This document shows positions 26,941 to 36,144 of a stretch of 64,000 bases of DNA, in pieces. A model generated the notes under the pieces. It searched no databases. It saw nothing but the letters and a program-made list of their open reading frames with translations, and was not told the origin of the DNA. A program made the position numbers and the translations under genes. This stretch comes from Candidatus Latescibacterota bacterium (lineage in GTDB: Bacteria; Latescibacterota; UBA2968; UBA8231): assembly GCA_965217585.1 (NCBI GenBank), contig OZ244561.1, positions 5,632,001-5,696,000 of the forward strand, written 5' to 3'. Position 1 is the stretch's first letter. Each line of letters begins with the position of its first letter.

Positions 26941-29418
26941 TTACAAGCCGCGCTTGATGCCGACGTTTATCTGTCGCCGAGGACCGACGAGGATGCCCGA
27001 ACTCAAGTGGGCTTCGGGCTGGCCGGCATTGGAGTGTAGCCTAGACCCGATGTAGATCTCGTCGAGTATATTCTTGGCCGCCACAAAAGCGCTCCAGCGC
27101 GCGGACAATTTGTAGTCGGCGCTGGCGTTGACGATGGAGTAGCTGGGGATCGGGCCGGTATCGCCGCGATTGAAGGTGCGCTCGATATTCTCGAAGTCGG
27201 TGAAGACCTCATCCACGAAACGCACATCGGCGCGCAGGCGCAGCCCCTGCTTGGTCTGCTTGACCAAGCCCACCGTCAAGGTGTGCGGCGGCGCGTAGGG
27301 CAATTCGTTGCCGGTCAGATCCACTTCGACGTTGCCGGCCATGGTGGCCGAGGTGACGATGCCGCTCTTGATCTCGGTCTGCAAATAGGTATAAGAGAGG
27401 TTGACGTCGGGTAGGATCAAAGCAAAGCGCGAGGTCGCCAAGCCCAGGGCCAATTCGAGGCCGTAGGTATCTACTTTGCCCAAATTTTTAAACGCGGTCC
27501 CGCGCCCGGCAGCGACGAGATCCTCGATCTTGAGCAGAAAAGCAGACGCTTCTAAGGTCAGCCCCGTCCCCCAGGAGCGCACGCCAGCTTCCATATTCCA
27601 GCTTTTCTCTGCCTTGAGATCCAGCCCACCGGCACCGGCGTCCTGTCCGAAGTTGGTTACTTTCAGCGTGCCGCTCGAAGGCGGCGTATAGCCCCGGTGG
27701 ACTCCGGCGAACGCGTTGAAACGTCCGAATTGATAGTTGACGCCCATACCGGGCAGTAGCACCGCAGAGACTTTGTCGGCCAAGATGGCACCGCGCAGGC
27801 GATCCACCCGATCCTGCTTGAACACCTCAAAGCGCAGACCTGGATCGAGAGTCAGCCGACCCCATTCGATCTGCTCCTTGGCGTAGAGGGCCAAAGCGGC
27901 GGTTTCGTAGTGGTGGCTCTGCCCCACGATTTGCACCGGATCGTCCGGGTCGCCTGGGGTGCCGGTATAGTACACGCCGTCGCGCGCGTCCGGAGCGTCG
28001 CCGATTTTCTTGTCGTCGATAAAGCGTTCCCAATGGGCGCGGACTCCAGCCTTGGCCTTTGCCAAATGACCGCCGAGGCTGTGTTTGAGCGCGTAGTCCT
28101 GGGCGATGCCCCCCACGTAAAAGGTCCGCAGAATGCCGAAATTGCCAGCACTGCCCCCTACCCGCACCAAGTCTCCGCTCTGGAAGTAGGGTACCGGTGT
28201 GAAAGCGCCTGTCCCCAAAGCCGAAGCGCGCACGAAAATGTCGTTTTCCCGCCACCAGCGGCGATCAAAGGCATTCAAGTAAACCGTAGTATTGCCCACT
28301 AAATTCGCCGTGATCTTGCTGGTGTACATCAGGTCGAGGGAGGTCCGCAAAACCTTGAAATTGTCGTCTTCTTTGGGATTGAATTTGGGATTGGCGTAAA
28401 AGGAGTACTCCGTCAGACCGGTGTAGGTCGCGTTGGAGTTTTCAAAATTGGCGTTGGCCTTCAGGTAGAGCACCTTTTTGCTGCTTAGGCGCCACTGTGT
28501 CTTTATGGTTCCGTTGGTTTGGTCGAAGGTGTTGTTGTCCCTGAAGCCGTCTCCGCGCTTGTAAAGCACCTGCAGATCGGAATTGATCCGCCTGTTACCC
28601 AATCCCCTCCACTCTGCAAACGCGCTGTAGTAATTGTTGCTACCCACGGTGAGCTGATTGACCAGCCCCTTGGTACCGTCGGGTCTCCGCGTCGTGTAAT
28701 TGATGACGCCCCCCATGGTCTGGGGGCCGAAGCGGATAGCCGAACTCCCCTTGATTACCTCCATCGCATCAATGCGCTCTGATGGCGGGTTGTAATAGGC
28801 GTTGGGATAGATATAGACCGCCGGCTGGATCGGCACCCCGTCTTCCATAATCAGCACCCGCGAGCTGCGGCGGGGGTTTAAGCCCCGGATGCCGATGCTC
28901 AACCGCGAATTGCCGAACCCATCGTCGGCGTAGCCGTTGATGCCGGGCACCAATTCGAGCAGTTCCTGGGTGCCAACCGGCTGGATCAGTTCCACCGTCT
29001 GTGGTCTCAGCTTGGACGCGGTCCCGGTGCGCTTTTGGTTTATCAGCGGCGATTCGCCGATAATTTCGACTGGGGACAATTGGATGGGATCGCTCAGCAG
29101 GGCGATATCCAAAACGAGCGTGGACCCAGGCGCTAGGGAAATTTCCTCGTCATGCGATTCGTAGCCGATCAAACTCACGGCAATGCGCTTTTGTCCAGGG
29201 GGCACTTGAGTGAGGAAAAAGGTCCCATCCTGCCCGGTCGTCGCCCCTTTTAGGCTTTCCCCTTCCAGTCCAATCTTGACGACAGCCCCCAAAATCGGCT
29301 GTCCCGTTTCCTGGTCGATCACTTTGCCGCTGATGTCTGCCGGAGCCAGTTCCAAGCTCAGAACAGGGCTGCTCATCGACATGCTCAACATCGTGGCCAG
29401 CCCCAAAAGCCTACGCAT
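26941..29418 (-). CDS. TonB-dependent receptor, FecA-like, with N-terminal CarboxypepD_reg-like domain
   Basis: Signal peptide; plug 'IGIRGLNPRRSSRVLIMEDGVP', 'IKG..AIRFGPQTMGGVINY'; C-terminal 'NILDE.Y'. Confidence 0.93.
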   Translation of the reverse strand: MRRLLGLATMLSMSMSSPVLSLELAPADISGKVIDQETGQPILGAVVKIGLEGESLKGATTGQDGTFFLTQVPPGQKRIAVSLIGYESHDEEISLAPGSTLVLDIALLSDPIQLSPVEIIGESPLINQKRTGTASKLRPQTVELIQPVGTQELLELVPGINGYADDGFGNSRLSIGIRGLNPRRSSRVLIMEDGVPIQPAVYIYPNAYYNPPSERIDAMEVIKGSSAIRFGPQTMGGVINYTTRRPDGTKGLVNQLTVGSNNYYSAFAEWRGLGNRRINSDLQVLYKRGDGFRDNNTFDQTNGTIKTQWRLSSKKVLYLKANANFENSNATYTGLTEYSFYANPKFNPKEDDNFKVLRTSLDLMYTSKITANLVGNTTVYLNAFDRRWWRENDIFVRASALGTGAFTPVPYFQSGDLVRVGGSAGNFGILRTFYVGGIAQDYALKHSLGGHLAKAKAGVRAHWERFIDDKKIGDAPDARDGVYYTGTPGDPDDPVQIVGQSHHYETAALALYAKEQIEWGRLTLDPGLRFEVFKQDRVDRLRGAILADKVSAVLLPGMGVNYQFGRFNAFAGVHRGYTPPSSGTLKVTNFGQDAGAGGLDLKAEKSWNMEAGVRSWGTGLTLEASAFLLKIEDLVAAGRGTAFKNLGKVDTYGLELALGLATSRFALILPDVNLSYTYLQTEIKSGIVTSATMAGNVEVDLTGNELPYAPPHTLTVGLVKQTKQGLRLRADVRFVDEVFTDFENIERTFNRGDTGPIPSYSIVNASADYKLSARWSAFVAAKNILDEIYIGSRLHSNAGQPEAHLSSGILVGPRRQINVGIKRGL

Positions 29419-29438
29419 AATCTCGATTCCCCTGCTTA

Positions 29439-29660
29439 TCAGAACAGTTCCGGATTGGATTGGCGATCTTTGACGGCCGTTTCACTGCCGGGGAAGGTGC
29501 TCAAGCCGTAACTTCCCTCTTCTTCTTCCTCGGACTGCGGCGCTAGCAAAGGGTCGCTTTCACAGCCAGCAAGCAGGCTCCAGCACAAGGCGCACAGTAA
29601 AAATGCTAGCCCGCCAGAGGCGGCTAGCGTCTTCAGTTCGAAACGCTTCTTTTTTGCCAA
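29439..29660 (-). CDS. Small acidic lipoprotein, first gene of the TonB-receptor operon
   Basis: TTG start with GGAG 6 nt upstream; basic N-terminus, hydrophobic core, lipobox LAGC, then ESDPLLAPQSEEEEEGSYG. Confidence 0.55.
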   Translation of the reverse strand: MAKKKRFELKTLAASGGLAFLLCALCWSLLAGCESDPLLAPQSEEEEEGSYGLSTFPGSETAVKDRQSNPELF

Positions 29661-29689
29661 AATAGACTCCGCAATGGGTATATACTGCC

Positions 29690-29890
29690 AACCTATTGTT
29701 TGATTAATAAAACTATTGGTTATCAAAATAAACTTATTTTTACTATCGTCAACACTTTTCTTTCGCGTACGTACTTTTCTTTTTAGCGACTAATCTTAAA
29801 AAATACATTGACTTACATCATTGATTGACCATATTCACAGATGTTTCTTATACTAAACAGTTCATTGCTTAACTAAACTTTTGTTCTTTC
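29690..29890. promoter_or_regulatory. AT-rich divergent promoter region
   Basis: TTGACC-18-TATACT (29825-29854) and TTGACT-16-CATATT (29808-29835) on the + strand; strongly AT-rich. Confidence 0.55.
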
Positions 29891-29978
29891 TCCAACCCGA
29901 TTTCGGCCGTTGGAAGCCCGTGCGCTCTCGTCAGACGCGAGCAGCCTAGCATCTTCTTGTACAGGGAAGTGAGATCGA

Positions 29979-30935
29979 GTGCAGATTGTCGTAACAGGTG
30001 CCGCAGGTTTTGTGGGATCGCATCTTTGTGAACGGCTAGCGTCCCTCAAGTACAACGTAGTTGGCGTCGATTCCTTCAGCGATCACTATCCGGTCTGGAT
30101 GAAGGAGCGCAACGCGTGCGAGCTGGCAGATGTGGGAGTACGAATCGAGCGGCTGGACTTAGCCTGCGACCGGTTGGAGGGAGTGATTGCCGATGCCGAG
30201 CTGGTATTCCACCTTGCGGCGCAACCCGGCATTGCCGCTCGCGTTCCCCCGGACGCGTACGTTCGCAACAATCTAGTCGCCACTCACGCATTACTCAAAG
30301 CGTGCGCTAGCTACAAGCGACGACCTTTCCTAGTCAACATCTCTACTTCGTCGGTATATGGACGGCGTGCCACCGCAGCGGAGACGGCCGCGCCCGCGCC
30401 CATTTCCTACTACGGCGTGACAAAGCTCGCCGCAGAGCAATTGGCCTTGGCGTACTGGCGCGAGCGCAGGTTGCCCGTGTGTTCCATGCGTCTGTTCTCT
30501 GTTTACGGCCCGCGCGAGCGCCCAGAAAAACTCTACATGAAACTGATAACCAGCATCTTGCAGGGCGAGGAATTTCCTCTATACGACGGCAGTCAACATC
30601 ACAAGCGCGCCTACACATTTGTGGACGACGCCGTAGCCGGGCTCATCGCGGTGCTCGATCATCGAGACTGTTGTGCAGGTGAAATTTTCAACATTGGATC
30701 GGATATCGAGACGACGACAAGTCGCGGGATTGAGATCGTAGAAGAGATTTTAGGCAAGAAGGCTCGCCTGAGAGTTCTTCCTCCGCGCCCCGGTGATCAG
30801 GCCCATACGCGGGCCAACATAGACAAGGCGCGAGCTATGCTCGGCTTCGCCCCCAACACCGAACTAGAGGACGGCCTCAACACCCAAATCGCATGGTGTA
30901 AGAAACTGTTGGCGGACAGGCGCAACTACGTATAG
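29979..30935 (+). CDS. NAD-dependent nucleotide-sugar epimerase/dehydratase (extended SDR)
   Basis: 'TGAAGFVG', 'HLAAQPG', 'STSSVYG', 'YGVTK', 'R.FSVYGP..RP', 'PRPGD'. Confidence 0.92.
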   Translation: MQIVVTGAAGFVGSHLCERLASLKYNVVGVDSFSDHYPVWMKERNACELADVGVRIERLDLACDRLEGVIADAELVFHLAAQPGIAARVPPDAYVRNNLVATHALLKACASYKRRPFLVNISTSSVYGRRATAAETAAPAPISYYGVTKLAAEQLALAYWRERRLPVCSMRLFSVYGPRERPEKLYMKLITSILQGEEFPLYDGSQHHKRAYTFVDDAVAGLIAVLDHRDCCAGEIFNIGSDIETTTSRGIEIVEEILGKKARLRVLPPRPGDQAHTRANIDKARAMLGFAPNTELEDGLNTQIAWCKKLLADRRNYV

Positions 30936-30991
30936 CCCTATCGCTATCCGCATCCCCCAGCTTCCCCAGGCATTCACCATGTGAATAGAAC

Positions 30992-31041
30992 TTGCACTTC
31001 CCGTGATAGACTGGTATGATTTTATGAATCTGAAATTCATA
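30992..31041 (+). promoter_or_regulatory. Sigma70-type promoter and palindromic operator of the TA operon
   Basis: TTGCAC-17-TATGAT (30992-31020), followed by TATGAAT ctgaa ATTCATA (31023-31041). Confidence 0.65.
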
Positions 31042-31051
31042 TTGAGGTCAC

Positions 31052-31267
31052 ATGCGAATATCTGAACGAGGACAAATCACCATCCCCAAGCAACTGAGAG
31101 ACCGCTTCGGAATGAATCCCGACGTCGAGGTTGAGATCACGCCAACAGAGCACGGCCTGCTCATTCAGAAACGAACCGCGTCGAGGCATCCGGTGGAGCG
31201 CGTGTACGCCATCCTGGGCAGGAGCGGAAGCACCGACGACTACATCGAAGAGATCCGTGGGAGATGA
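31052..31267 (+). CDS. AbrB/MazE/SpoVT family antitoxin
   Basis: 'MRISERGQITIPKQLRDRFG'. Confidence 0.9.
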   Translation: MRISERGQITIPKQLRDRFGMNPDVEVEITPTEHGLLIQKRTASRHPVERVYAILGRSGSTDDYIEEIRGR

Positions 31268-31659
31268 TCACCGCCGTCGACACGAGCGTCCTATTGGACG
31301 TGTTTCTCCCCGACGAGCGGCACGGCCCTCGGTCGAAGGAGTTACTGCGCAACGCCTACGACAGAGGGGCCATTCTCATCTGCGACGTGGTCTACGCGGA
31401 ACTCGTTCCGGCGTTTGATGAACGGGCCACGCTCGACGGAGCGCTGCGGGAGATCAGCGCGACGATCTCACCCATCGATACCGATATTGCTTACGAAGCC
31501 GGGCAACGCTGGTCGCGCTACCGGCAGGCCGGCGGGCCCAGAGATCGGATTATTACCGACTTTCTGATCGGAGCCCACGCGGTTGTTAAAGCCGAAACTT
31601 TTCTCACCCGGGACCGCGGCTTCTACGCGACTTACTTCCCGGAATTGCATAGAGGGTGA
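31264..31659 (+). CDS. vapC: PIN-domain (VapC-type) toxin
   Basis: 'AVDTSVLLD', 'VYAEL', 'DFLIGAHA', 'LTRDRG'; ATGA overlap. Confidence 0.9.
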   Translation: MITAVDTSVLLDVFLPDERHGPRSKELLRNAYDRGAILICDVVYAELVPAFDERATLDGALREISATISPIDTDIAYEAGQRWSRYRQAGGPRDRIITDFLIGAHAVVKAETFLTRDRGFYATYFPELHRG

Positions 31660-31811
31660 GGTGCTACCCACACCCACTAGTCGTTGAGCCGCACCGTAGC
31701 GCCCTGCACCTGTTCGTCCAATACCGGCCCTCCTGCCATCCGCGTTTGGATAAATAGAGCATATTATTACCTTACTGATTGTCAGTCCCCTCCACATCAA
31801 GGAGGTCCACC

Positions 31812-33578
31812 GTGAAGCCGCTCCTCACTCTCCTCACAGTGGCACTCTTCTTCCGCGCTGCACATTCGCAAGAATCCCCCCCCATGGTGGTGCACGAATG
31901 GGGCACCTTTACATCCCTGCAGGACGAGTCCGGCCAGGCCATCAGCGGCCTAAATACCGACGACGAGCCCGTGCCGGATTTCGTGCATACCACCCTGGAT
32001 ATGCTGGTTTCGCCGACCCAACTGCCGCCTTCGTTTTTGGGCAAGTTTCCCGGTTCGGCCGGTTTTTTCGGCAAGGGGATCCCCGGCCTGCATCTGGACG
32101 TGACCATGCGCTTGGAGACCCCGGTCATGTACTTCTATCCTCCCGAGGGCACGGCTGAGCCAGTGGAGATGGATGTAAAGGCCAGCTTTAGAGGGGGATG
32201 GTTGACGGAGTACTATCCCCAAGCTATGGCGGAAACGCCAGGTTTGATCCTAGACCTGAATGGCGCGCGCGTCGTTGGCGGCATCGACGAGCACACTATG
32301 GGCTCCCTGACCTGGAAGGGATTGCGCATCGGCGTGGAGGCGAACCCTCCCCAGACAGACGCAGAAGTATGGCTCGCCCCCAGGCGGGTGCGCGCGGCCT
32401 CTGTTTCCACGCCGGACGGCGAAAGCGAGAAGTACCTGTTCTACCGAGGGCTCGGTCACCTCGACGCGATGCTGCGGGTGTACCGCAGTGCGGACGGAGA
32501 GTGGCTAGATATCCGCCGGCAGCCGTTTCCGGCCGCGGATGAGCCGACTGGAGCGACCATCGGCAGTTCCTGGTTGGCCCATATCCGCGCCGATGGCAGC
32601 AGCGCCTTCCTAACCATCGGTGCTCTGGAGATGAGCGGAGGAACAGCGGATGTGCTGGCCAAGGTGCCGGCGCGCTTTGCCGAGAGAGAATTTTCGCCCA
32701 GCAACCTAGAACTGCTGCGCACCGACATGCACCGGGCCCTGGTGGCCGAGGGGCTCTTTGCAGACGAAGCCGACGCCATGCTCGACACCTGGCAAGAGGC
32801 CTATTTCCACAGTCCGGGCCTGCGCCTCTTTTTCACCGTGCCGCAGGAGTGGACGGACTACTTGCTGCCGCTCGAATTTTCCGCCCCAGTCGAGCTGACC
32901 CGCATCATGGTGGGTCGCATCGAGGTGGTCACTCCAAAACAACGGGCCCTGCTGGCGGAGATTGCCGCACGTCCGGTCGAGTTCTTTCCCACGGCAGCAT
33001 TGGCCGCCCTGTTCGAAGAAGATGGGGGCGGAGAACAGTGGGAAAGCGAGATTTTCCAGCAGGTCCAAAAAGGCGACATAGATCTGGAGGAACTGGGGGT
33101 GCCGCTGCCCACGACCTTTGCGGCCTACCTAGACCTGGGCCGGCTGCGCAATGCGCTGATCCTGAACGAGCAGGCGGTCCGGCCGACATCGCATTTGTGG
33201 GACTTCATTAACGCCTACGGGCTGTCCGGTTATCAGCCGCCCGCGACCGCAGAGAGCCAAGAGACCGTGGTGCGCGAAGAATGGGACCAGACCCTGCCCG
33301 CGAGGTTCTCCCTAGAGCAGAACTATCCCAATCCCTTCAACAGCGAGACCTCGTTGCGCTTTGCTCTGCCGCAGCCCACGGCCGTGGAGTTGGCGGTGTA
33401 CAACTTGGCCGGCCAGCAAGTGGCGCAACTGGTGTATGGCCCGCGGCCGGCTGGGTTGTACGCGGTGCACTGGGACGGCCGCAGCGACGCGGGCCGCTCT
33501 CTGGCGACCGGGGTGTACCTGTACCGGCTGCAGGCGGAGAACCAGACCCTGACGCGCAAACTCCTCTTGCTGCGGTAG
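31812..33578 (+). CDS. Secreted protein: uncharacterised 'VHEWGTFTS' domain + C-terminal FlgD-Ig/T9SS type-A-like domain
   Basis: GGAGG RBS, GTG start, signal peptide; tail 'LEQNYPNPFN...VYNLAGQ...WDGR..G...ATGVYLYRL...RKLLLLR'. Confidence 0.8.
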   Translation: MKPLLTLLTVALFFRAAHSQESPPMVVHEWGTFTSLQDESGQAISGLNTDDEPVPDFVHTTLDMLVSPTQLPPSFLGKFPGSAGFFGKGIPGLHLDVTMRLETPVMYFYPPEGTAEPVEMDVKASFRGGWLTEYYPQAMAETPGLILDLNGARVVGGIDEHTMGSLTWKGLRIGVEANPPQTDAEVWLAPRRVRAASVSTPDGESEKYLFYRGLGHLDAMLRVYRSADGEWLDIRRQPFPAADEPTGATIGSSWLAHIRADGSSAFLTIGALEMSGGTADVLAKVPARFAEREFSPSNLELLRTDMHRALVAEGLFADEADAMLDTWQEAYFHSPGLRLFFTVPQEWTDYLLPLEFSAPVELTRIMVGRIEVVTPKQRALLAEIAARPVEFFPTAALAALFEEDGGGEQWESEIFQQVQKGDIDLEELGVPLPTTFAAYLDLGRLRNALILNEQAVRPTSHLWDFINAYGLSGYQPPATAESQETVVREEWDQTLPARFSLEQNYPNPFNSETSLRFALPQPTAVELAVYNLAGQQVAQLVYGPRPAGLYAVHWDGRSDAGRSLATGVYLYRLQAENQTLTRKLLLLR

Positions 33579-33669
33579 CCGCACGCTCCCACTCCCCAAT
33601 GGCACACCCCTCCGGCCGTATCGGGTCCGTCATCCGCGTCCGAGTTGCCAACTGAGCGCCACCCAAGCG

Positions 33670-35973
33670 CTAGTACGCCACCGCGACCACGCGCCGCCGA
33701 CTGTAGCTTTCCCCGTCTCCTTCAACGCGCAATTCCGCGACGTACAGCCCTGGCGTTACCTCTGCACCCCAACTCCTCCGACCATCCCAAACCCAAGCCC
33801 GACCACCCGCCCGACCCTCCTCTTCCCGCACCCACACCAACCGCCCCGCAAGGTCGAAAATCCGCAGACCGATCCACCGCGCGGCCAAGACATTGACCAA
33901 GTCGAATTCCACCCGCAGCGCGTCGTTGACCCCGTCGCCATTGGGCGTCAACGCCGGTGGCCCCATCTCCACATTGGCCAACAACCGCGCTCCCACGGGC
34001 AAGCGCACGGCATTCGTGCTGCTGGCGACCTCCGCGTACGCGTCGCCCGCATCCACCCGCTGCCGCAACAGCGCGTCGGCGGGACCTTGGGCGATAAAAG
34101 CGTCAAAGCGCGTAGCATCTACAAACACGGTTCCGACAAAGCGCAGTTCCACTAGCTGACGGCTCTTAACCGGCGCGGCCAAGGCGATGGCCACCCCCCC
34201 TTCCGTCGGTGTGGGCGTCGCCTCCACCACCTCGCCTTCCACCAACACCTCCACAAACTCAATCGGTGCGGAGGTTTCCACCTCTAGGTGGTTAAAGCCA
34301 CGGCCCGCCACCTGTTGTGGACGAATGTAATAGGCAAACTCGGTTCGCTCCCCGGGCTGCACCTCGACCGGAAAAATCTCCCCCACCACCTCTTGCGCCA
34401 CTGGGTCGCCGAACTCGATCTCCAGCCAATCTAAGGCCACCCCCGCATCCGGCCGCTCGGCGACCAAGGCAACCTCCAGCTCGGCGTATTGCCGTGGCGA
34501 GGGCGAAGCAAACGGCTCGCCCGGCTGCAAGTACAGCTTGCTCCACGGGCTCCAAGCGGCCCCCGGCGACAGCGCGGTGTCGATCCGGCCCTTAAAGGAT
34601 GGGATGAGCTTGTTGTACTTTCGCTCGGAGACGACCCGGCCGTTTTTGTCGTGATAGGTGATGTCCATTTGCAGGTCATTGCCCGTGCGGCTGCGCACCT
34701 CCATCCGCGTCCCAGCGGGCGCGTCGGCCTGCCAGCGGATCGCGTGTACCTGCTTGTCGCCGCCGAGGTCGATCAGGGGCGAAGGCAACACCACTCGCTG
34801 CGGATGCCCCTCGCCAAAAACCTGCAGCTCGCGCGTGCCGCCCCAAAACTGGCAGGGCGGTACAATGCCGCAGCCCACGCAAGCGGCCGCGCAGGCCGCG
34901 TCCCAAAACACCCATTCGACCCGCACGTAGCGCGTCTTGATCGGCGCAAAGTGGTGATTGGCAATCCCGAGCTGGCGATTGGACATGGTAGCTTTACCCG
35001 CGAATTGCCGGTGCCAGATGCGCGTGCCATCCGGCGCTAGGGACCCATCCGCGGTCAGCACCTCGTAGCGGTCGAAGTTGAAGCGGAATTGCCCGGGCCG
35101 CGACAAAAAATCCCCGACGATGCGCACCAAATCCACCCAAAAGACTGCACCCAAGTCCAAGGTCATGCGCGAGATCACATCAACCGGGCGGTTGATGCGG
35201 CGGTTTTCCGTCCACAGGGAAAATTGGCCGTCGGCCAGCGGTAGCGAGTTGGCAAACGACGCAGCGTCGCCAAAACCGTCGATATCAACGATGATTTCCA
35301 AGCCCCCGCCTTTGGCCGCCAGATCCAAGGAGAGGTTGTCGCCGATGGCTTCGACCTCCACCTCGGCCAGCGCGGCCTCGGCTCCGCAGTCGAGCACTTC
35401 GACGCGGATAAATTGCACAAACGGGTCGCGCACCGGGTCCAGCTCCAGCGCGACTCGGTGCCGTTGGTTTTCCTTGAAGCGCTCCTTCACGCGGTACACG
35501 AGGCTGCCCTCAATGGGGTTGCCGACCACGTCGATCGCCGGCTCCCCAGTGGAAAGCAACACGTCGAAAAGGGCACACGGCTGAGCGGTCTCCAAAAAGG
35601 TCAGCACTACCCGGCGCGCCGCCACGGCTCGTCCCAAGTCGATCTCGATCCACCAATCGTCTGGATCGTCGGCCGGGTCGGGTCCCCAGCCGGTCAGCCG
35701 ATCCCCGTCAATGGCCCGCGCCGCAGTCAGCGCGTTGGAGCCAACCGCATGAATCCCGCCACCAAAGGCCGCGGCATCGCGCACTGGGTCGGGGTTTTTG
35801 CGGATTTCGACCGAGCGGATCATCCCAGTGTTGTCGAGTGCAACAATCCCCAGCGGCAAGCGCCAAGTCCGCCACTCATCGGCCGCGTCAAAGCGAAGCT
35901 GCTCGGCGGCGAGCGCACTTGAGAACAAAGCGCTGACGCCCCACAGGGCGGCGTGGAGTACCTTGCAAGCCAT
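33670..35973 (-). CDS. Secreted discoidin-like protein with LTPNGDG.ND/FlgD-Ig tail (paralog of the 45.7-59 kb operon proteins)
   Basis: GGAGG RBS; signal peptide; 'AIDGD..TGW', 'IDLG', 'EVRSRTG', 'WSPWS', 'SPSPRQY', 'LTPNGDGVND', ends VAVAY. Confidence 0.8.
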   Translation of the reverse strand: MACKVLHAALWGVSALFSSALAAEQLRFDAADEWRTWRLPLGIVALDNTGMIRSVEIRKNPDPVRDAAAFGGGIHAVGSNALTAARAIDGDRLTGWGPDPADDPDDWWIEIDLGRAVAARRVVLTFLETAQPCALFDVLLSTGEPAIDVVGNPIEGSLVYRVKERFKENQRHRVALELDPVRDPFVQFIRVEVLDCGAEAALAEVEVEAIGDNLSLDLAAKGGGLEIIVDIDGFGDAASFANSLPLADGQFSLWTENRRINRPVDVISRMTLDLGAVFWVDLVRIVGDFLSRPGQFRFNFDRYEVLTADGSLAPDGTRIWHRQFAGKATMSNRQLGIANHHFAPIKTRYVRVEWVFWDAACAAACVGCGIVPPCQFWGGTRELQVFGEGHPQRVVLPSPLIDLGGDKQVHAIRWQADAPAGTRMEVRSRTGNDLQMDITYHDKNGRVVSERKYNKLIPSFKGRIDTALSPGAAWSPWSKLYLQPGEPFASPSPRQYAELEVALVAERPDAGVALDWLEIEFGDPVAQEVVGEIFPVEVQPGERTEFAYYIRPQQVAGRGFNHLEVETSAPIEFVEVLVEGEVVEATPTPTEGGVAIALAAPVKSRQLVELRFVGTVFVDATRFDAFIAQGPADALLRQRVDAGDAYAEVASSTNAVRLPVGARLLANVEMGPPALTPNGDGVNDALRVEFDLVNVLAARWIGLRIFDLAGRLVWVREEEGRAGGRAWVWDGRRSWGAEVTPGLYVAELRVEGDGESYSRRRVVAVAY

Positions 35974-36144
35974 GGTGCCTCCTATGGCATCGGTCGCCCC
36001 GGCTGGCGTCGAGCCGCCGCAAGCGACGCGGAGCCATAGTATATCGAACCGCGCTTCTCCCTCCAATCCGCGCTTGCCTCTTGCACATTGCCCTTGTTAT
36101 TTAGAGGCACGCCCACCAACCGCGCACCCACTGGAGGAAAAGCA

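Noticed and set aside
29700-29730. Fur box upstream of the TonB receptor operon
   Set aside because: The alignment I tried matched only 11/19 to GATAATGATAATCATTATC, in very AT-rich DNA
34852-34893. Radical SAM enzyme suggested by CxxxCxxC
   Set aside because: The motif lies in a loop of a signal-peptide-bearing beta-rich protein with no radical-SAM context
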